A DNA stretch of 63,713 nucleotides, counting the filler, from Octopus bimaculoides (taxonomy: Eukaryota), in NCBI RefSeq assembly GCF_001194135.2. It is 9 parts of 9 records of this genome, joined end to end, with 100 filler letters (N's around TTAATTAATTAA, not from the genome) between each part and the next. Parts side by side here need not be neighbours in the genome. Positions count along the whole stretch, not along the records: positions 7,648 to 38,215 come from NC_068995.1; 8 more parts are not named here. The stretch is one strand, 5' to 3'. The translations under genes were made by a program, and so were the position numbers. How positions within the stretch are numbered: position 1 is the first letter of the stretch; every line of letters starts with the position of its first letter. The notes under the pieces were generated by a model. It worked only from the letters and a program-made list of their open reading frames with translations. It had not been told where the DNA came from and searched no databases. This document shows positions 23,561-36,650 of this stretch, one piece after another.

Positions 23561-24512
23561 GCTAAATTTATTTAATCGATTTCGCGCACAGTCCACTTTC
23601 CATGTTTGTCTTTCTGAAACTGTCCCTTCTAACTCTTTCCATGTGAAAGATAACACATTCACAGACACATATCTATCTATATGCAGATGCATAGATGTAT
23701 ATATAAACAAGAAATCACGAAACCTTATGGTATCTAAAACTATGAAATAATATTTACATAATTATAATACATTTTTGCTGACGGTATCCTTTGTGTAATC
23801 AAACAGTCAAAAATGATAGGAACGTGGACTTTTTTATTCGTTTATTCCTATGAGATATGTGCAGTTTCACACATTAAAAAGTTATTTAAAATGCCAACAG
23901 TTGGAACGGATCAATTTGATGCGTTGTGTTAGATATTTATGAGATACATAAACTTCTACATCTCAAGATATCGGTTTTCCGCCTTCAGTTTGCACTAATT
24001 TTTATTTTATTTTTGAGAGATAAAGAAAACCTTCTCAACAACATCTACTTCCTAGATATACTTCTGTGCTCTACTATCAGTCCAACTGTTTGTCGAAAAA
24101 GTTGAGTTTATTCCCACATACTGTGAATATCGCAACATTCTACTAAATCAAATTTCAACAGGTCACTTCTAATGGAGCACAATTAATGTATAACAACCAC
24201 GATATAAAAATGATGGATGTGTCTAGGATCTCTTGAAGTGATCTGCTTGCCACGAGATGTTATTTTATCATATATTTCCCCATACAGTATTTAAGTACTA
24301 ATGCATTATGTGATAAACTATATTAATGTCTTAACTATTCAGTATAAGGTAACCTCTGATCTCACGTTTAAATACTTGATATATTGCCGATTCGTTCATT
24401 TCCAGTTGGATATTGGCTTTGTAACTTTTGAAATTCACGGAAACGCTTATCATTTAACTGTATTTTAAATGTATTATGTAAGGGCATTTGTATTTATCAT
24501 TAAATGAAATTT

Positions 24513-24722
24513 GAGGTGGAGAGCTGACAAAACCATTCTAACTCCGGACAAAGTTCTTAGCAGCATTTCATCCATCATTAACTTCTGATTTCAAATTCCA
24601 CCGCGGTCGACTCTGCTATTCGACTTTTCGCAAACCAGTACCAGTGATGTACTGGGGTCGATGAATTTTACTTTCTCCTTTTCCACAAAAAGGGATGTGC
24701 ATATGCCAAAATTTGAGACCAT
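24513..24722 (+). mobile_element. Diverged SINE family B
   Basis: gaggtggagagctgacaaaacc...tttcaaattccaccgcggtcgactctgc...gtactggggtcgat...ccaaaatttgagacc. Confidence 0.7.
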
Positions 24723-25805
24723 ATTTATATCAAATATATATTATTACTTCAAATATTACTGCAGTACTGCATGAAGTAAATAACATTCGCTTTAAAATAA
24801 TGTCATTTGAAATTATTGAGGTTAAATTAGAATGAATGCCGTTATGGATAGCATACACTATAATTCTATTCGATGTAATCAAGCATATGATGTGCACCAA
24901 AACGTTAATCAGAGAAATCACTGTGGTATCCCGTCAAGACACGTTCCAAAATAAGTTAATCGGAAAAGAGTGTAACATAAACGTTAAGTGTATTGGCTGA
25001 TAGAAAATTATCTCAACAAACAAATAGAACGATCTTTTGAAATAACATTATCGATTCCATTACGAATAAAATCTGTAAATCCACAAAAGCGACAGCCAAT
25101 GTAATAATCTATCTTAATGTTCGATCATTAGTAACAGAGTACAGCGTGTTTAATTTTCCTTAATAGCCAGCCAATATAATGGGAAGGAATTAAAATATTT
25201 CCGTTACTAAACAATAGTGGAAAATGATATATTAATTACAAATCTCGGTTCGTTCTCTTTTAATTAGTAGGATGCATTTTCAACAGTGTCCACTCGACTT
25301 ATATTTCTTATATCTATTTGCATCGGGCACAATGACAGATAGATAATATATTACTTAAATTGCATTATTTATAAATACAGTGTATATATTTCAATGAAAA
25401 TAAGCCTAGCAACGCTGCTACTCACATAGAAACTATGGCATTGGAGTTTCACACACAACTGTACTTTAAATCTATTTTTTGTATTCCGTTACCTGAAGAA
25501 TCTACCAAAGTACTAGGATACATTGATTCTTATAATACTGATAATTTATGTCATTGACGTGGATATGTTGACTAGAAAACAATAAACATTGGTGGGATTA
25601 GAACAGTGAATGCAAAGAGGCATAACTAAATAAATCAAGACATTATTTATAACATTGTAAAGATCTTATCAGTCTCCAGACAGAGTCTCATTTGTTGATC
25701 ATCACATTTTATTAGAAAATATAAGTCAGGAATAGTAAAGAGCTCATTCACACACATACACATATACATAGATAATGGAAACAAGTACACACAAACAACG
25801 CACAC

Positions 25806-25906
<101 letters not shown>

Positions 25907-27051
25907 ATACAAAGATTACAGCAACTTTGGGACTATTTAGTATCTGTAAAAGATGTGATATTAAAATGTGTGTTTCATAAGAGGAATATTCATATATATA
26001 CATGATGCAAGACACATTCCTCATATAAGTGTCATTTCATATCATATTTTAGTACGTTGTTCTGCGCTTGAAACATTCTTTTCAGTAAGACATGATGTAT
26101 CTAAATTTTGTATCTAATATGAAATCTGAAAGAAATACTAATCCACTAAGCGAGGCATAAAACATATCTTTCCGAATTTTTAGTCATCGAGACAGCGTGA
26201 ACCTAGTTCAGTTTGATAGCAGATTCGTCAAAAGATACAACAGGAATAAAGAATTGTTATTCTAATACAGTTGCAAGGAAAAGATATGCGTGTCATTGGC
26301 GTAGATCAAATGAAATTCTGTACTTAGGTGTGATTTAATATACAACTGGAGTAAAGTATATTATAAGATCAGGGGGAAATGTTTGAATATCAGATAACGT
26401 TTGATGTTATAGAACAATGATATTTTGGGTTAATATTGCAATATCTTTGATATTATCAAAATGAAACATATCAGAAAAAGACACATTCGGTGATGATTGA
26501 AAGCGTAGACAAAGGGTACTTAGGTATTAAACACAAAGTGTCAAGATAAATGTGAGTTATAATAATGCGTGAGTTGTAAAAAGATTAAGATTGATATAAA
26601 TATTCCGAGAAACAGATGTTGTAGAATGAAGATAAGCCCGGGCAAAACTGGTTATCTTTGAAAAGATGCATGCATGACGTAAATGTGATACCTTTTTATC
26701 GTTGATGCAATATATATATATATANNNNNNNNNNNNNNNNNNNNNNNNNNNNNNNNNNNNNNNNNNNNNNNNNNNNNNNNNNNNNNNNNNNNNNNNNNNN
26801 NNNNNNNNNNNNNNNNNNNNNNNNNNNNNNNNNNNNNNNNNNNNNNNNNNNNNNNNNNNNNNNNNNNNNNNNNNNNNNNNNNNNNNNNNNNNNNNNNNNN
26901 NNNNNNNNNNNNNNNNNNNNNNNNNNNNNNNNNNNNNNNNNNNNNNNNNNNNNNNNNNNNNNNNNNNNNNNNNNNNNNNNNNNNNNNNNNNNNNNNNNNN
27001 NNNNNNNNNNNNNNNNNNNNNNNNNNNNTATATATATATATATATATATAT

Positions 27052-27450
27052 ATTAAGTGAAGGTAGAAAATGCAAAATATTTTTATGATAAAAAAAATAT
27101 TTAGTACCTGTATCAGCCTTTGAAACTTTTTCAACCTTAACAATTAAATTAAATGTCAAGTTTTTTAAAAGCATATTTGCATAGTATTCAAGCACAAGGG
27201 GCTTTTTCCTTCTTTTTGTCTGTCTCTGTCTCTCCTTTTTACTCTTGTGGGTCGAGGTCGTTGTGAATTCTTGGAAAAGTGTCTCCTTGTAGATTAAAGC
27301 AGTGATTGGGACTGTTTTTAAATTATCGCATATCCCACAATTGGGTCTTCCGCATTTTTTTACTGACGGGTTCAGTGTTGTTGTTGAGCGATTTCGGACT
27401 TGTGTTAGGAGACGAGCGTGCTCATCAATAACATTACCTTTCTGCTCCAA
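27052..27450 (-). mobile_element. Penelope-like element ORF remnant (Cys-rich linker to C-terminus)
   Basis: LLTQVR...PSVKKCGRPNCGICDNL (CX4CX2C, as found before the PLE GIY-YIG domain) and a C-terminal ILHFLPSLN abutting (TA)n. GIY and YIG motifs are not visible. Confidence 0.6.
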
Positions 27451-28093
27451 ATTTCTTTCAGGTCTGTTTGTATCTCAGAACTAAATCGAATCAGTGAAGC
27501 ATTTGTATTTAGTAATTAGACATTTTGTAATGTTTATTATCAATAATTTATCAGCCACTTATTGGCATCTACGACCAGTTATTCTATCTCATAGTATATA
27601 ACTCTATATTGGTATGCTATACTTCTGAGTTGGCATAGGTCACTTTTATAATAATTTCTTTTTTCTGTCTTGAATCAATATAGTAAACTACTCTTTGTAA
27701 AATGTTCTTCATCAGTAGCGTTAGAATGGCTGCAGTAAACTAACCCCAAGAACAAGTATTATTACTTAAAGTCACATCAGGTCAACCACCAGAAGATTCT
27801 AGAGTCAGATTTAAAAGGAAGGGGGAACTAAAGTGATAGAATTACCATTATTAATGCATACAATTCTAAAAGCAATATCGTTGCTGTCAACATAGAACCA
27901 GCAGTCTTGATTGACTTGATTGAAGTGGATATATATAACACCAACTATATTCACGTAGAAAATATTGGATAATTTATGAAATTATTGATGTCGGCTGAAA
28001 GTGTACATAAAAAATTAAATAAATATGTAAAAGATGACACAAACGTCTTTAGAGCATTTTAGGTTAAAGTTCTGCTAAAACGGTACTTACAAG

Positions 28094-28339
28094 CTAGTTC
28101 CTGAAAAAGAACCGAAACAAAATGCTAATGACATCTCCAAAACATCACTTCATAAAATGCGAGAAAAATATGAGATGACGAATATGTTGAAACAGCGACG
28201 AAAATCGGAGGTAAAATACAGAATAATATTCGAGAATATTTTAAGTTATTTCCGACAAATTCGTCACAATGAAAAAATAAAAACAGAAACTGACAGAAGG
28301 CTGCCTTCACGTAATCTCTTGCCTCTCTCTCCGATCTGA
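28094..28339 (+). CDS. Candidate terminal exon of an unidentified gene (LVPEKEPKQNANDISKTSLHKMREKYEMTNMLKQRRKSEVKYRIIFENILSYFRQIRHNEKIKTETDRRLPSRNLLPLSPI*)
   Basis: 87 open codons (28079-28339) in very AT-rich DNA with protein-like composition; weak acceptor ttacaag| at 28093. Confidence 0.3.
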   Translation, partial: LVPEKEPKQNANDISKTSLHKMREKYEMTNMLKQRRKSEVKYRIIFENILSYFRQIRHNEKIKTETDRRLPSRNLLPLSPI

Positions 28340-28954
28340 TAACATACTCCACAAAGGTTAACATTGCCTTTATTTCAGGATAGATAAAGTTACAATCGCC
28401 TTCTCTCCTTGCCTCCTTATCTCTCTTTCTGTCTCTCCGCCTGTCTGTCTACCCGCCGGTCTCTCTCCCTCTCCCTGTTTCTCTCTCTTCAAGCGTTTCT
28501 TTCTGAAGCTGTTCTTACAAGTGAATATATTACGGTCATAGCATATATACAAATGTCCATAACGTTCTAACTTCGATATTACTACGTCTCCATCAAAAGC
28601 TAGCGGGCTTGTTTGAGGCATAGCACACACACACACACACACACACGTATGCACATACACACTCTCCATGTAACTGCAACAACTTAAGAAGCCTGTCGTA
28701 TATATATATATGTATATATATATATATGTATATATATATNNNNNNNNNNNNNNNNNNNNNNNNNNNNNNNNNNNNNNNNNNNNNNNNNNNNNNNNNNNNN
28801 NNNNNNNNNNNNNNNNNNNNNNNNNNNNNNNNNNNNNNNNNNNNNNNNNNNNNNNNNNNNNNNNNNNNNNNNNNNNNNNNNNNNNNNNNNNNNNNNNNNN
28901 NNNNNNNNNNNNNNNNNNNNNNNNNNNNNNNNNNNNNTGTGTGTGTGTGTGTAT

Positions 28955-29075
28955 ATGTTTCTGTGTCTGTGTTTGTCCCCCCAACATCGATTGACAACGG
29001 ATGCTGGTGTGTTTACGTCCCCGTAACTTAGCAGTTCGGCAAAAGAGAACAATAGAATAAGTACTTGGCTACCAA
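28955..29075 (+). mobile_element. SINE family A 3' half
   Basis: gtttgtcccccc aacatcgattgacaacggatgctggtgtgtttacgtccccgtaacttagcagttcggcaaaagag. Confidence 0.85.
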
Positions 29076-29078
29076 AGA

Positions 29079-29564
29079 ATATGTAAATATATAAAAACAA
29101 AAGGATAAAGAGAGCAAAGGTAAGGTTGAAGAATTTTATGGATAGAGTCTTACAGCTGTTTCTGGGAAGATCCAGTACTTCCCTTCATCGGAGACAGACA
29201 AAATAATGTTATCTATTATTATATCCATAGGCGCATATTTTTAGTATGAAGTGGTAAAGAGTGTGATGGGTTGAAAAAAGAGAGAACTGTACTTGAAGAG
29301 TAGTTTCATTCCAGTGGTAAATATCCGTGTAGAAATTCGTGCAGATTAATCCTTGTGTGAATAATCCGGAAATTTATGTTGGAACGAAAGTTGATATAGC
29401 TTATGTGGCAGAGGTATATATATTCCATCTTGCAATAAATTTTTGCTTGTTTACTTGAATGGAAGTACAGGATCTTCCCAGATACAGCTGTAAGACCCAA
29501 TCCATAAATTTCTTCAACTTTACCTTTGCTCTCTTTATCCTTTTGTTTTTATATATTTACATAT
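29079..29564. mobile_element. PLE-type fold-back: 104-bp inverted arms (29079-29182, 29461-29564) around a 278-bp spacer
   Basis: 98/104 identity by manual alignment. HHR in the left arm; the spacer minus strand reads ...KQKFIARW..., like the end of a PLE ORF. Confidence 0.8.
29147..29195 (-). ncRNA. Near-intact minimal type-I hammerhead ribozyme (U4C)
   Basis: Minus strand gtct-CCGATGA-a gggaag tactggat cttccc a-GAAA-cagctg-TA-agac: 4-bp helix I, 6-bp helix II, palindromic helix III, GUA triplet. Confidence 0.7.
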
Positions 29565-30267
29565 ACACACGCTAATACACGACTTATAATACCCAATCCT
29601 GTTGATACTACGATTGGGGCAAACTAATCGGTATACAGCACTTACTCGGTATTACCTGTATCCTCCGGGGTTTTGTTAAATCCAATACCCTCCTCAACCT
29701 TATATATATATATATNNNNNNNNNNNNNNNNNNNNNNNNNNNNNNNNNNNNNNNNNNNNNNNNNNNNNNNNNNNNNNNNNNNNNNNNNNNNNNNNNNNNN
29801 NNNNNNNNNNNNNNNNNNNNNNNNNNNNNNNNNNNNNNNNNNNNNNNNNNNNNNNNNNNNNNNNNNNNNNNNNNNNNNNNNNNNNNNNNNNNNNNNNNNN
29901 NNNNNNNNNNNNNNNNNNNNNNNNNNNNNNNNNNNNNNNNNNNNNNNNNNNNNNNNNNNNNNNNNNNNNNNNNNNNNNNNNNNNNNNNNNNNNNNNNNNN
30001 NNNNNNNNNNNNNNNNNNNNNNNNNNNNNNNNNNNNNNNNNNNNNNNNNNNNNNNNNNNNNNNNNNNNNNNNNNNNNNNNNNNNNNNNNNNNNNNNNNNN
30101 NNNNNNNNNNNNNNNNNNNNNNNNNNNNNNNNNNNNNNNNNNNNNNNNNNNNNNNNNNNNNNNNNNNNNNNNNNNNNNNNNNNNNNNNNNNNNNNNNNNN
30201 NNNNNNNNNNNNNNNNNNNNNNNNNNNNNNNNNNNNNNNNNNNNNNNNNNNNNNNNNNNNNNNNNNN

Positions 30268-30325
<58 letters not shown>

Positions 30326-31626
30326 CTCTCACACTCTCTCATACACACATACGCGCATATATATACAGAGAAATACAGAAATTTGAAAGATACAGAAATA
30401 TATTTTACGGTAATAAATACAATTGAAATAATAGTAAGATACATCTTATACAACACAGAAATTCTTTCTTACAAAACAGGTTGTCGTGTAAGTTGTATTC
30501 CATGAATGTAGACTAATGTACGTCATTTGCGTGAAATATCTGCATAGCATCAAATATCTCCTTTATTTTTAGCACTGTTTCATTCGACACGTCTGCTCAT
30601 ATCTTTGAAATAGTTTTCAATCACCTTTTAGAAAGTCTGCAAAGTGTTTATCAAGATTCTCACTGTACAAAATTGCTGGCAGACACATCTGCTAATTTGA
30701 TATATTTAAATTTGATTAAAATTCCATTAACTGTGCTTCTGTTTATTTTGAGTTTTATAGGAAACTGTTTGCATGTCAGGGTTCACTCAAATCTCATGTT
30801 TGATACATAACTTAAATGATATAATGACATCAACTTAATATGTATGTTTTTTTTTACCTTTTACACAATCATGTGAAATAATATTAACATATTAAATGCA
30901 ACATGCAGACATATATATATTATAAGTAAATAATGCTTATATACATCCACACACATAGAGAGATCCCCACCCATATATAAATATATATAGGCATATACAT
31001 ATTGATGAATAAATAATAAAAGTAGAAACTCATGCTTGCAAAGCTAACATATAAAACAGCATAAATTTTCCACGAAATTTGTAATATGTCGACGCTGCCA
31101 TTTTGACATCTGTAGATAGAAACTACTTTTAGGAACTGCTAAATATCAGTCGTAAAATAAGATAAATTTCTATTGCAGCAGAGAGGAAATGTTGTTTGTG
31201 TTTTTCGACAAGAATCATCTTCGTAACTTCATACTTCACATCACATTATGAACACATGAAATTGTACTGTATAATTTTATTGTGTGGAGTTTCCGGCAGA
31301 TGTCATCACAAGACTTTTATTTCTTCCTCTATTCTCGTCATTAGCTAATGATCTTTAAAATCTTCTCGAAAATATCCACGGAATAAGATGCTGGTGTTAC
31401 AGTAGCATGGATCAGGTGCCAGTATACCAGACATATAACAATGTTCTAAAGTCATGCAACGACTAGGGGATGGCTCTAAGTTGCCAAGTGTGCAAAACTT
31501 ATCACATAAGAAGTACAACATCAAACTTTAGAATGTTGATTTAGAGAAAATGGGCTCAATATGTTTTCCTTTCCATCGTGTATTACACTTTTCAGTAGAT
31601 AACAGTTGCAGCCGCGACCAATCTTA

Positions 31627-31938
31627 TTAAACCCATTACCTACCAGTGATCTCATATGAGATCACTTAAAAATTACAAATTTCTTAATTATCTGTCAATA
31701 TTTACACATATCTAACATTTTTGGTATATCTACTAGGTATTTTTCTCTGCTATTCAAATGAGGTTTGCTAATTTTTCACCCAATATCTCGCTTATTTCTA
31801 TGTAAGATGTTATTTTAAAATGTTATTTTGAAATGTTATTTTGATCATTCCAGCGTGTTTCTAAGGCTGTTTATGCTAGAAATCAAAGTTTCATTAAAAA
31901 AATTCCAGTTAATAGAAGTATGGGAGGTAATGGGTTAA
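31627..31938. mobile_element. MITE with TTAA-CCCATTACCT(C/A)CC terminal inverted repeats (piggyBac-like)
   Basis: ttaaacccattacctacc at 31627 and gggaggtaatgggttaa ending at 31938; no ORF. Confidence 0.7.
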
Positions 31939-34404
31939 ATCTCTCACTGAGTTCGCGCAAAAATCTATGACATATCAAAACAATGGCATATTTGTTAACA
32001 CCAGTATTTCCGTTTAACGCAGTCATATATATACTTTTCTCCTGACTTCTCAGTGGTAAGCAAAAATTTTAAGTGTCACTTTCATTTCAAAAGAACGTAG
32101 AGGGTAATGGAGAGATATTTGCCTGGTATTTCTATTGGAAAGGACAGCCAAATGTAACTTCGTCCCTGCAGTCATAATGTTGTAATTATGCCATTACATG
32201 TATTCTTTTACAGGTATTTATTAAGTGGAGTAATCACATCCAGATACACAGTACAAAAGTTGTGTTTTCTATGGATGACAGCAGCACCGGTTTCATCAAA
32301 ATCAGCAGTAATATAGAGTAAAATGCAGCGTAGTAAAATAGAATCTTTTCTTGGATACAAGTGTAATTTTAATGAAGGCGATAAAGCTGCCTAAATGATT
32401 AAAAACAAAATGGCAAGTAATCAGTCTAAGATACCATTAGTCTACTTCTGCAACAAGAAAGTGACAGATTTCTATAACGTATTTTATAGACTTCCCGGGC
32501 ATCAAAACGCTTTTATATTGGTTCATGTTACGCTTTTGCTTAACAAAAACATACAGTATGCCACAGATATAACGACTTCATTAAGTGCCATGCTTCCACG
32601 AAATACTAAGCTGCGCTATATAATATGAAATTGTTTCCTTATATTATATGATTAGTTTATAATATATAATTTGTGAATAAAATTTACTTTATCTCTTTCT
32701 CTCTCTCTCTCTCTCTCTNNNNNNNNNNNNNNNNNNNNNNNNNNNNNNNNNNNNNNNNNNNNNNNNNNNNNNNNNNNNNNNNNNNNNNNNNNNNNNNNNN
32801 NNNNNNNNNNNNNNNNNNNNNNNNNNNNNNNNNNNNNNNNNNNNNNNNNNNNNNNNNNNNNNNNNNNNNNNNNNNNNNNNNNNNNNNNNNNNNNNNNNNN
32901 NNNNNNNNNNNNNNNNNNNNNNNNNNNNNNNNNNNNNNNNNNNNNNNNNNNNNNNNNNNNNNNNNNNNNNNNNNNNNNNNNNNNNNNNNNNNNNNNNNNN
33001 NNNNNNNNNNNNNNNNNNNNNNNNNNNNNNNNNNNNNNNNNNNNNNNNNNNNNNNNNNNNNNNNNNNNNNNNNNNNNNNNNNNNNNNNNNNNNNNNNNNN
33101 NNNNNNNNNNNNNNNNNNNNNNNNNNNNNNNNNNNNNNNNNNNNNNNNNNNNNNNNNNNNNNNNNNNNNNNNNNNNNNNNNNNNNNNNNNNNNNNNNNNN
33201 NNNNNNNNNNNNNNNNNNNNNNNNNNNNNNNNNNNNNNNNNNNNNNNNNNNNNNNNNNNNNNNNNNNNNNNNNNNNNNNNNNNNNNNNNNNNNNNNNNNN
33301 NNNNNNNNNNNNNNNNNNNNNNNNNNNNNNNNNNNNNNNNNNNNNNNNNNNNNNNNNNNNNNNNNNNNNNNNNNNNNNNNNNNNNNNNNNNNNNNNNNNN
33401 NNNNNNNNNNNNNNNNNNNNNNNNNNNNNNNNNNNNNNNNNNNNNNNNNNNNNNNNNNNNNNNNNNNNNNNNNNNNNNNNNNNNNNNNNNNNNNNNNNNN
33501 NNNNNNNNNNNNNNNNNNNNNNNNNNNNNNNNNNNNNNNNNNNNNNNNNNNNNNNNNNNNNNNNNNNNNNNNNNNNNNNNNNNNNNNNNNNNNNNNNNNN
33601 NNNNNNNNNNNNNNNNNNNNNNNNNNNNNNNNNNNNNNNNNNNNNNNAAAAAAAAAAAAAAAAAAAAGAAAAAAAAAACCCCAGAAAAACAGAAAATCGG
33701 ATTAATCTTGTTTTATTCATTAACTTTCGTTGAGTAAGTCGGGGGAAATTAACAGCGCATTTTATTGCTTCGAGTGAGAAAGTGGACAAGTGCAGACAGA
33801 CTAGTGTCGAAATTTGGCATGTGTCTGTTTTTGCGTACATGACTACGTGTATACATATACATTCTGTATGTTGCTGGCTTATTTTGTACTTCGATTTATA
33901 TAGTGTATAATAAATATTTAATAAACATTTAGGTGGTTTCTGAACAATACTTAAACATTTTTTCCGTTATTGTCATTATTAATGGTTCAGTAGTTTCTTA
34001 AAGTAGTCTTGGTTTCTGAATACCTCTTAGATGTTAAAGACGTTAAAAACATATTTATGGAATCTAAAATATACAATATCGATTTGCATTTCACATTCCC
34101 TATCTTTCTCTTTCTTTCGCTCTCCCGCTCACCTATCTCTCTCTCTCTATATATATATATATAGATAGAGAGAGTGAGAAAGAGAGAGGAAGAGAGAGGG
34201 AAAGTGAGATCGAGGCAACATACTGTACATCATTAAATACATATAGACCTATACATATATTGATAATGCACAAGCGCACACAAATAATACACAAATGCAC
34301 GTACATATTTACTGTATCCATACAGTAGTATATCAGTGTATTTGCTGATGGCGTAGTAGAAAATTTCACTCAGGTTTGTGCGCATTTATTTTTATATATG
34401 TGTA

Positions 34405-34448
<44 letters not shown>

Positions 34449-34515
34449 AGTGTAATAGCTAATCACACACACGTTATATATACAAATACATACATAAAAA
34501 CACACACACACACAT

Positions 34516-34557
<42 letters not shown>

Positions 34558-35449
34558 TTTCTCACCTATATATACATATATATCTATATATCTATATATA
34601 TACATACCCACATATATATGTGTATGTCTGTGTCTGTGTATGCATATATAAATATATAAAGACATTATGGTTAGGTATTTATGAATCCGTTTCGTAAATC
34701 TACTTACGTTATAAGAAAATTTTCAATTCATTTGCTCTCTTGAGATGATCATACATTTATGACGAATTGTTATTTGATTATGATTTACTGCTATATACAG
34801 CAGGTGCACAGAAGCTGCAGAATTGGCTGAATTTAATATGAATATAATATAATCGAGGAAATCTGGTGAAGTCCTATATCTTTGACTATAGGAATGATAT
34901 TCAAACTGAATATATTTTCAGTAGTTTTGGTTGCCCAGGGGCATAAAGCATTCAATTGTTTCAGAAAAAGAAAGTAAAACATAACTTTAGTACGGAGCGA
35001 CAGCTTTGGGATAAAGACGGAAAGTAAATGAGAAATTTGACGAGGTCGATGAAACAAATTTGGAGTTGGATGCCAATTAATGGCATATGAAATTGTAAAG
35101 TTTTTGAAATGTAATAAAGCATTAATTTCGTACTTTACGCTATAAATTCAAATTTCCTGAAAATATATTTAATCTAGTGAAAATGTCGTAACCATATCAG
35201 GTCCGCTAGTAATATCTTGGAATAGCGTGTATCAGCAGGATACTTCTAATTTTTTTTTGTCCAAATGATATATGTGAATCTGTATCTCTCTTAGTGTATG
35301 TGCATGTGAGTATCTATATAAACATATATTTATACACTCACAAAAACGCATATATATATATATATATAATACAAATAATATGTGAGTATATGCATATATA
35401 CGTACATGTATGTACATACCTACATATATATGTATATATAGATGCATAT

Positions 35450-35585
35450 CTAGTTACACGACGTCACAAGAAACGTGGACAAAATGAAAAACAGAACATA
35501 AACAGAGCACAGAAAGCAAACGGGCCACATAGAGAATATTTCCTTCATCAGCTGCCCCTATTCTAAACTAAGCGTTTCGAACGTA
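35450..35585 (-). mobile_element. Fragment of the same PLE-pLTR-like family as 36470-38215
   Basis: Minus strand ttcGAAAcgc...ggggcagCTGATGAaggaaatattctctatgt aligns with 37422-37540 and 38122-38190. Confidence 0.55.
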
Positions 35586-36387
35586 CGTATACATATAGAT
35601 ACACATATATATCATTAATCGAGGTTATAAAAGTAACTAACACCGCTTCTGATAAAATAAGAGTTAAATTAACTATAAAGCCACTAAAGGATTATACTTA
35701 ATGACTGACAAACGGACGTTAAGACCGCAGCGTATGCAGTCGCATCGCGATTTCGAATGTTGGTGCAGACCACATTAATTCGCATCAGCAGCTATTAACG
35801 CCTAGGATTAAACTCGACTTTCTTTGTTAATCGTATACGGAAAAACCGTTCAAATCATGTGCTGATTTTCAATCGGTAATAGTGTAAACAACAAATTAAA
35901 ATGGTGGCTTATTAGCAATTAGAAACTAACGGCAAAATTAATAGAGGTGACAACATTAACTCTGAAGCCAGTAAAGCACTATACACAATAGGTAGAGGGT
36001 TACATTTGATACTGATTGCAATGCTATATAAATTGAAGGGTACGAATTTTCATCTCATGAGAGAGAAAAATAACAATTACTTATATCACCTTACTACCTC
36101 GGTCAAAGTGTTCAAGTGGTCTAACACACATAAGTCGGAAAAATCTATTATGTATCCTTAATAAAATTGCTGTTGGAAAGTTAGAATAGGACAACAAATT
36201 GATACACCTAAAAAAAAACACTATTATTATTTGTTTTCGCTAACTTATAAATGCTATATGATAAAGAAAATACTTAAGACCGTTACTTTGTTTTAAATGT
36301 CAACTTGTATTTCATAATCCGTAATAATAATAGATCGAGTAATGCATTCATAACGGTAACAACGTTCATATATATATATATATAGAT

Positions 36388-36440
<53 letters not shown>

Positions 36441-36469
36441 AAGAGAGAGACACGCACAGATAGGTAGAT

Positions 36470-36519
36470 AAAACTTACTTGGAATTGGATGCGTGGCGTT
36501 CGACCATATAATAATATAA

Positions 36520-36568
<49 letters not shown>

Positions 36569-36600
36569 GCACAAATAAACACATACACGAACATACCTAC

Positions 36601-36650
<50 letters not shown>

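Noticed and set aside
30480-30700. Apparent single long minus-strand frame with TGA stops, suggesting an alternative genetic code or readthrough
   Set aside because: On careful re-translation the protein-like pieces fall in different frames.
31030-31113. Minus-strand aaaATGGCAGCG start (MAASTYYKFRG..., DWNN-like opening)
   Set aside because: Stops after 23 codons; no convincing donor or continuation.
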